DNA from: Flaccisagitta enflata
Taxonomy: Eukaryota
Direction of reading: 5' to 3'
Assembly (NCBI GenBank): GCA_965153355.1
Contig: OZ231126.1
Coordinates: 30,194,001 to 30,258,000, forward strand
Length of the DNA: 64,000 bases
Positions 55,738-64,000 of this stretch are shown one piece after another. The translations under genes were made by a program, and so were the position numbers. Under the pieces are notes generated by a model. That model was not told where the DNA came from, ran no database searches, and was given only the letters and a program-made list of their open reading frames with translations. How positions within the stretch are numbered: the stretch's first letter is position 1; each line of letters starts with the position of its first letter.

Positions 55738-56043
55738 TCACGACTTCCTCCTCTTCCCTCCGCCTCCTCCAATCCCCTCGCCATCAGCTTCAATCGTCCT
55801 CTTGACGTTGTCGCACGACGCGGCTCCGTATTCCGTCAACGCGCAGGCGGTCAAATATCCATCAATCAGCAGAAAGTCTTCATCTCGCGTCATTTCTTCG
55901 CTACTCGCGGTTCCACTCCATCCGCCGACTCCGACGGGCTTCTTATCAGAGTCATCGTCAACTGCAGTCCATGAGTTCAAAGAGCAAGAAGGAGAGTCAG
56001 TGTTTTCAGTCATTACGTCTGTCGTGGAAATTACTGAATCCAT
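55738..56043 (-). CDS. Intronless orphan ORF (101 aa from the first ATG) between MCM3 and ISWI
   Basis: MDSVISTT...GGGGKRRKS. It is free of repeats, its codon style resembles the neighbouring exons and it ends in an NLS-like KRRK. No family recognised. Confidence 0.35.
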   Translation of the reverse strand: MDSVISTTDVMTENTDSPSCSLNSWTAVDDDSDKKPVGVGGWSGTASSEEMTRDEDFLLIDGYLTACALTEYGAASCDNVKRTIEADGEGIGGGGGKRRKS

Positions 56044-56590
56044 CAATAGCAATTCACTGCATCAAGTCATCGGCTAATTGTATTGTATTGTACCATTGAA
56101 ACGACGAAGCGTGCACTGAACAGATGTATATATGAAGAATCTATAAAAGAAAGGCGATGACGGTAAAATATAAAAATTCAGTATGGAATGTTAAAAAAAA
56201 ACGGAAACCAATGAATAGCTTCGATTGTTGTAAACGAGTAACTTTAACGGAGAAAATGCGACGGCCAACGGGAATGCAACAATTAACATAACTGACAAAA
56301 ATTCTTTTTTTACCCAAAAACATTTTTATCACATGTTCAACAGATCATTAAATGAGAAACGTGCATACATTTTCATAAGGCATAATAGAGAAATAAGTCT
56401 CGCCAGGGTGGCACTAAGTGGTGATACTACAACTCCCCTCGTCAAGGCAATAACAGTTCGGTTAAGGTTTCAGCCGTTTCTGGACTCTGGGTAAATAACC
56501 CCCACCCGGATACCCCCTTTTAGTTTGTATACAAAGGCCGAAAAAAAACTAACAAGGTTAACCAACCTCTTCCCCCCCCCACCAACCCAT

Positions 56591-57673
56591 TCAAATAAGG
56601 AACACCATATCATCGGCGGTCATGATCTGGTTTTCGTTCATCATCCTCTCCAACGCGGCGCCGATTTCGGCGTCGGTGAAATGCTCCACTCCGGCGCCGC
56701 CGTCTTTCTCCCCTTCGCCGGCGACGTTGGCCTTTTGTTTCACGGTTTCCACCGGCAGCGTCTGCGCCCTTTCCGCCTGAAACATCCGCAGCAACCGCGT
56801 CTTGAAAATCTTGAGACGGTCGTCGGTGATGGATCCTGGAGCCACTTGGGACACCGAATCGGAAGCGACGGTGGTATCGGCGTCCTCGTCGACGGAAGAA
56901 GCCGGCGTCCGCTTTTTGCGTTGCGGACGGATTTCCGCTTCGTCGGCGGAAGATTCTTCAGCTTCCGATTTGTCGAAGTCGTATGGATCTTCGCCTTCTT
57001 CACCGGCGGTGTACAGCTTGCGACGACCTGTTTGGGGAAAGAGGCAATTTAACATGATTTTGAAAGGAGAAGACCGCAGAGAAAGAAAAGAAAATGAAAG
57101 GAGAAAGGAAGATAGAAAGAATGAACGCAAGAAAAAAAGCAAGTAAGCAAGCAAGAATGAAAGCAAGCAAGAATGAAAGCAAGCAAGGATGAAAGCAAGC
57201 AGGAAAGACAGCAAGAATGAAAGCAAGCAGGAAAGACAGCAAGCCAGAAAGCAAGCAGGAAAGACAGCTAGCAAGTAAGCAAGCTAGAAAGAATGAAAGC
57301 CTGAAAGCAAGCAGGGTGGTTTCATGACAGATCAACCAAACTGAAAACCCTAAAAAAAAGAATTTGCTCTTTTTTGGTGTTAAGGTACTCCTTTTGCTCT
57401 CAGACCCATATTTTGGGTTTCAGGGGGGTTTAAAATTCTGAGGGGGGTTTAAGTTCTGAGGGTGCCCGGGGGGGGGGGGCCCAAAATTTCAAACCCCCCT
57501 AAAACCCAAAATATGGGTCCGAGAGCAAGAATCTTCGGGATTCTTTAGTATCTCCCCAAGGGGTACCTTTACACCAAAAAAGAGCAAATTCTATTTTTTC
57601 AGGGTTTTCAGTTTGGTTGATCTGTCATGAAACCACCCAGCAAGCGAGCGAGCGAGAAAGAAAAAAAGAAAAA

Positions 57674-57749
<76 letters not shown>

Positions 57750-58234
57750 AAAAAAGAAAGAAAAAAGAGAGAAAAAAAGAAAGAAAAAAAAGAAAGAAAA
57801 AAAGAAAGAAAAAAAGAAAAAAAGAAAGAAAAAAGCAAAAATTACAGTCCCCGATCAGACTGTAATTTTGAGCTGTCGCAACGCGACTCCGAGAAGATAC
57901 ACGACCAAAAAAAAAAAAAATTCAAAAAAAAAAAAAAAAAAAAAAAATTTCAAAAAAAAAATAAAAAAAAAAAAAATCACAAAAAAATTAAAAGAAAAAA
58001 AAAACTAAAAAAAAAAAAAATTGATGTCCATGATGGCATGCATACTTTAAAGTCCATGACGGCATACCTTAAAGTCCATGACGGCATACCTTAAAGTCCA
58101 TGACGGCATACCTTAAAGTCCATGACGGCATACCTTGAACATTAAACACTGAAGTCCAAGAAGGCAAACCTTGGTCCTTGGAGTCCTTGACGGCAAACCT
58201 TTTTTTAGAGGAATGGCATGGGTTATTTTATGCA

Positions 58235-58286
<52 letters not shown>

Positions 58287-59061
58287 GCGTGTGTGTGTGT
58301 GTGCTCCCACAACAGTAATATATTACTACATAAATAAGTTTATATCTCATAAACCAGACTTCAGATTTAAATCGAATTTTGCAGGAGCTGTTTAATTGAC
58401 ATTATTTACCTGTTTACTAAGTTTTAAAAAAATTCATAAACTTTTACTACCGTTTGCCTATGAAAACTGCTTAAGTCCTAGTAACATATTACTACATAAA
58501 TAAGCTAATATCTCATAAACCAGGCTTCAGATTTAATTCGAATTTTGCAGGGGTTGTTTATTTACTACCCTTTACTTGTATACCAAATTAGAAAAAAATT
58601 CATAACCTTCTACTACCCTTTGCCTATGTAAATCGCCTCAGTCCTAGTAACATATTACTACATAAATAAGCTAATATCTTCTAAACCAGACTTCAGATTT
58701 AATTCGAATTTTGCAGGGATTGTTTATTTACTACCCTCTACTTGTATACCAAATTAAAAAAAAATTCATAAACTTTTACTACCCTCTACCTATGTAAACC
58801 ACCTAAGTCCCAACTAAATATTACTACAAAAATAATAGGCAAAGGGTAGTAAAAGTTTATGAATTTTTTTGAAAATTGGTACACAAGCTCCTATTGACCT
58901 ATAAACAACACCAGCAAAGTTTCATAAAATTCTGAAGTCTGGATCCAAAGATATGAGAAGGTCTTAAACCCACTCACCCACAAACAAACAGACTTACACG
59001 ATCAGGTCCACCTCATAGTCCACCGACGAAAACTGTTCGTCGGGGACAAAAAAGAAAGAAA

Positions 59062-59129
<68 letters not shown>

Positions 59130-59866
59130 GAAGAAAGAGAAAAGAACATACATACAGAAAACTTCGTACCAGTCCTCTTCCTCTTCCTCGACTCGGCGTT
59201 TCCTTCGGTCGCCTCTTCGTCCATCGCTTCCTCTTCGCTCTCCGTATCTGTCGCGTCTCCGCCGCCGCTCTTCCGTCTTTTCTTCTTCTCTTTCTCGAGG
59301 ACCTTCTTGAAATACGCGAACTGAATGAGTTCGATGGCGGCTTCCGCGTCTTCCGCCGTCACTTCCTTCGAGAGCCGCGCTTTAGCGTGAGCCGTCGACA
59401 GACGAATCAGCGTCTCGAGCGTACGCGGCGTGACGGGCGTGGTTCTGGCCACGTTGGCGGCGCTGATCGACTCTTGACTGCGGAGTTTGGCGTACTCGTC
59501 GGCCAACATCGACGCCGCGTCTTTCGTCAATTTGGGCGTGATGGCTTTGGCGATATGCACGTATTTGCGCATGAATTTCATGGTGACGAATCGATCTTTG
59601 CGCGAATCTTTCGTACGCGGTCCGTGGAGACAGGCGTTGTATTTCTCCCACACAGGCGTCTCCTCATCGTCTTCTTCTTCCTTCTCCGGGTCGAAAGTGG
59701 CCAACACGTCGACGGAACTGCCAAAAGGCATCGCCTCGCCGTCGGCTTGGCCGGCTTCGCGGAAACGGTGCATGCGCAACACGTGGTCAGAGATGTTACG
59801 ATCGAATTCGGGATCGGATTGATCCAAAACGATGAAAATCAAATCAAAACGCGACAGTAGAGAATC
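56591..59866 (-). CDS. MCM3: MCM3, 3' part (exons 59866-59170 and 57027-56591)
   Basis: [11 protein letters not shown] (arginine finger), [53 protein letters not shown] and the MCM3 C-terminus [25 protein letters not shown]. The phase-1 intron is consistent. Confidence 0.95.
57312..57638. mobile_element. MITE with about 65-bp TIRs
   Basis: GGGTGGTTTCATGACAGATCAACCAAACTGAAAACCCT... and its reverse complement. The right end of another copy lies at about 62890-63052. Confidence 0.65.
57835..59047 (-). mobile_element. Helentron/DINE-like (HINE) element, copy A
   Basis: Terminal stem-loops (CAAAATTACAGTC..GACTGTAATTTTG and CCGACGAA..TTCGTCGG), subterminal GTCCCCGA/TCGGGGAC, about 4 internal 22-bp repeats, about 160-bp repeats and A/T-run flanks. 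Confidence 0.6.
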
Positions 59867-60088
59867 CTGTTGACGATAGAAAAAGGGAGGGTTGTATAAG
59901 AATACAGGTGAGGTACAGTACAATGGGAGCAATGGCGACCTAGACTAGAGGATAGATTTTGAGTATTTTGATTTTATTTATATCATAAAATATTTGAGAT
60001 CTAAGCCACTATGCCGCCTTACCAGCACAGTATTATACAGGGCACAGTATTATACAGGGCACAGAAGGTCAAAATTGGAGAAAAAAAA

Positions 60089-60720
60089 GCTTCAAAATTA
60101 CAGTCCCCGACTGGGGACTGTAATTTTTGAAGCTTTCTCGTCGCGTAAACGCGACTCGAGAAGATGCACGACAAAAAAAAAAAAAAATTCAAAAAAAAAA
60201 AAAATTCAAAAAAAAAAAAAAAAAAAATTTCAAAATTTTTTTTTGAAAAAATAATTGATGTCCATGATGGCATGCATACTTTAAAGTCCATGACGGCATA
60301 CCTTAAAGTCCATGACGGCATACCTTAAAGTCCATGACGGCATACCTTAAAGTCCATGACGGCATACCTTAAAGTCCATGACGGCATACCTTAAAGTCCA
60401 TGACGGCATACCTTAAAGTCCATGACGGCATACCTTAAAGTCCATGACGGCATACCTTAAAGTCCATGACGGCATACCTTAAAGTCCATACAGCATACCT
60501 TAAAGTCCATGACGGCATACCTTGAACATTAAACACTGAAGTCCAAGAAGGCAAACCTTGGTCCTTGGAGTCCTTGACGGCAAACCTTTTTTTAGAGGGA
60601 TGGCATGGGTTATTTTATGCAATATTAGCAATATCTGTTTTTAAAACAGTCCACGAGAAGAAAAAACACACTGTCGCTCTCTCTCTGTGCGTGTGCGTGT
60701 GCGTGCGCACGTGTGCGCAC

Positions 60721-60795
<75 letters not shown>

Positions 60796-61533
60796 CCCAC
60801 AACAGTAATATATAACTAAATAAATAAGTTTATATCTCATAAACCAGACTTCAGATTTAAATCGAATTTTGCAGGAGCTGTTTAATTGACATTATTTACC
60901 TGTTTACTAAGTTTTAAAAACATTCATAAACTTTTACTACCCTTTGTCTATGAAAACTGCTTAAGTCCTAGTAATATATTACTACATAAATAAGCTAATA
61001 TCTCGTAAACCAGGCTTCAGATTTAATTCGAATTTTGCAGGGGTTGTTTATTTACTACCCTTACTTGTATACCAAGGTGAAAAATTCATAAACTTTTACT
61101 ACCCTTTGCCTATGTAAATCAAGTCCTAGTAACATATTACTACATAAATAAGCAATCTTCTAAACCTGACTTCAGATTTAATTCGAATATTGCAGGGGTT
61201 GTTTATTTACTACCCTCTACTTGTATACCAAATTAAAAAAAAATTCATAAACTTTTACTACCCTCTACCTATGTAAACCACCTAAGTCCCAGCTAAATAT
61301 TACTACAAAAATAATAGGCAAAGGGTAGTAAAAGTTTATGAATTTTTCTGAAAATTGGTACACAAGCTCCCATTGACATAATAATAACACTGGTAAAGTT
61401 TCATGAACTTCTGAAGTCTGGATCCAAAGATATGAGAAGGTTTTACACAGACAGACAGACACACACACACACAGACAGACTAGCACAAACAGGCTATCTC
61501 ATAGTCCACCGACGAAAACTGTTCGTCGGGGAC
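60089..61533 (-). mobile_element. Helentron/DINE-like (HINE) element, copy B
   Basis: Same orientation and structure as copy A. The 22-bp repeat GTCCATGACGGCATACCTTAAA is expanded to about 11 copies. Confidence 0.6.
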
Positions 61534-64000
61534 AAAAACGCCAAACCTATTCTTTAGTCTATATGCTTCCATTCAATCGACCATAAGATCCTATCTTGAC
61601 CGGAAGTAGGTGCCCACTATGTAATCGCCCGGACTCTGGCTCTGGCAGCTAAGATGGCAAATTTGGTCAAAATTAAAAAATGAAAAAAATTATGAAATAA
61701 ATTGGAGATGAAGTTGATTTTTATGGAAGGGATAACGCAGCTAGCTGAAGATATGCATGTGAGGGATTTTTGGCAATTAGGGGCTGGGGGGGGGTTAAAA
61801 TTGAGTTACGAGGCTCAATTTGCTTAAAACTTAGGGGGTCAGTGATCTTATTTATTTTTTTAAGCACTGATCACCAAAACATTAAGACAATATAATTGTT
61901 GAAATATGTAGAGGAGACCATGAGGTTTCATAATCAGGTTCCTCATATTGGGATGTTTCTTAGTTTTTTGTCTATACTACATACTATAAAACGTTTTTTA
62001 AAAATCAATGAGCAACTTCCCATTATAATCCTATGAGGGGGAAAAGCAAAAATTTCAATTTTTTTTTTTTTTTTAGCTATGATCACCAAAACATTAAGAA
62101 CATTTTTTTTAGCAATTATTACTCTTTAGTGATGGTCTATTTCATGACTGGTTTCATATAGTAACAGACTAAATTGAAAACCCTAAAACAATTTGTTTCT
62201 TTTTTTTATGTAAAGGTAGTTTCAGAAGATATTCACAACTGAAGATTTTGCTGATCCATATTTGCCTTACGGGCCCGGGCCTAGCCTCTCGGCTACTCCT
62301 AAACTTGGTGCCATATTCAGCCATTTTTAGTGATAATAGATATTCTTGTAATAATCACTTAGAGTTAACTCACATTTGTTAAGAGGGCCTTGAACAAAAA
62401 CACTTTTGGGCCTAGTAGTACTGTACCCTGGGTACAGCATGTAAATTTAAAAAATGAAAAATATTCTATGTTTGTGTTCAATCATAATAAATATGACTCA
62501 ACTCCTTAGTGCCCATATAAATGGCCAAAATGAGTGGTAAGGCTATTTTAACAATTTTGACCAAAAATGCCAAAATCCTCCAACATTGGCTCTACCACCC
62601 ATTTTTGGTCCTTTATATGGGCACTAAGGAGTTGAGGTCCCATATTTTTTATTCTTGAATATAAAAAGCACAAACATAGAAGAATACTAACTTTTTTTTC
62701 AAAATTTCTATACTTCAGGTACTCCCGGCACTTAGCACTTCCTAGGGGTAAAACCTGTGAATGATTTTTTTGGTTCAATTTTTCCTAATAGATTCTTTGG
62801 GCTAATACAAGAAGATTGACACCAAGATTGTCCTTTTACTATAAAAAATAGCTGAGATATAGCTTTTCAAAGTTCTGGGGGTACCCGGGGGGTCCAAAAT
62901 TTCAAGCCCCCCTAAAACCCAAAATATGGGTCCGAGAGCGAAAATCTTTGGGATTCTTGAATATCTCCCCGAGGGCTACCTTTACACCAAAAATGAGCAA
63001 ATTCTATTTTTTTAGGGTTTTCAGTTTGGGTGATCTGTCATGAAACCACCCTATAATGGTACAACTCGCCAATTTGGAGTAATAGCACCTTGCTATATTA
63101 CCAACTCTCAGAAAGAGGATTCTAGATAAGCTCTGTTGTAAATTTTCCTCTTTAAGCCACGTTCTGTTGATATATTGTTTACAATTCAAACCTATTCTTT
63201 TTGACAGTAGATAAAAAGAATGTGCATTGATAAAATTCCCTTTCATTTGATATGTTGCACTATATGGTTTTGATTGAAAATTGAATTTTCATATTCTAGG
63301 CCACCTATGTAATTGTTAATAATAAAGGTGGCTAATCGCCGTAGGAAAAAGAGTGAATGCTGAGAAAAAGAGTTATGACGCCGGGATTGCGGACAGGGCA
63401 TCTAACTCCCCCATCCACATCCTAACCCCACACACAAGCATCTAGACCGCTTGTTTTTCGACTTTTCCACTTGGACGGACAGACGGACCGACAGAGCAAT
63501 AGATGGACTGACAGACTGACGGACAATGCCTTTCATAGAGTCCAGAGTCAAAATGAGAGAAAGACTGCACTGCCAGGATGCTCAATCATAACCATTTCAA
63601 AGTTCAAATAGCCTTCAACTAACTTGATTCCTTGTTTTTGGGATAAATGCAAAAAATGCGAAAAAACATAAAAAGATTTATAAAATCATAGCTCCAAAAC
63701 TATCAATCGCACAGAATTCTGCTGGCGTCATCTGAAAGAGGAGTTCATTAGCTCTTTCTAGCTATCAATTTCATGCAGAGTACCATTTGGACCCAAAGCT
63801 TATCAATCTCTCAAACGCTTTTCATGGAAAAAAAGGAAACTTTTCTTCGCGGAAATCAAAAAGTCTTCGAATCTTCGAATCTTGACTTTTTTCCAAATAA
63901 TGGTGGCTTAAGAAATGAAAATGTTATTTCTTTTTAAAACCCTATAGTGCGACCTATCAAATGAAAGAAAATTAGATCAGGATTAACAATATGCTGTCAA

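Noticed and set aside
60286-60523. 22-bp direct repeat array resembling a CRISPR
   Set aside because: The repeats are directly adjacent with no unique spacers, lie inside a duplicated eukaryotic mobile element, and there are no cas genes.

Overview
This is eukaryotic, repeat-rich, intron-containing genomic DNA that looks metazoan, with abundant (AG)n, (AC)n and (AAAG)n microsatellites. Host genes: the last two exons of a single-pass membrane protein (+, about 2.0-3.1 kb); the 5' three coding exons of MCM3 on + (9274-13092); 15 exons of an ISWI/SMARCA5-type chromatin remodeller on - (55437-39244), which stop just short of an assembly gap (N 39019-39051); and the last two exons of MCM3 on - (59866-56591). 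The two MCM3 halves face each other and I could not find the AAA+ core exons in the window. A mis-oriented contig at the gap is the simplest explanation, although an inversion or duplication is possible. The most striking structure is a 6.1-kb DIRS-type (tyrosine-recombinase) retroelement in an ISWI intron (40011-46106). It has near-identical 132-bp inverted terminal repeats and an internal complementary region (ICR) that spells out the circle junction. Its coding region is decayed and the ICR appears to lie 5' of pol, which is unusual. Other mobile DNA: a young 5'-truncated CR1/L2-type LINE, two inverted copies of a Transib-like element with 5-bp TSDs, hAT, Tc1-mariner and Chapaev-like MITEs, Helentron/HINE-like repeats and a 324-bp tandem array with a Helitron-like end. 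MCM3 3' end, a 101-aa orphan ORF and ISWI are tightly packed on one strand, which may indicate an operon. Family assignments come from motif recognition by eye, not database searches.
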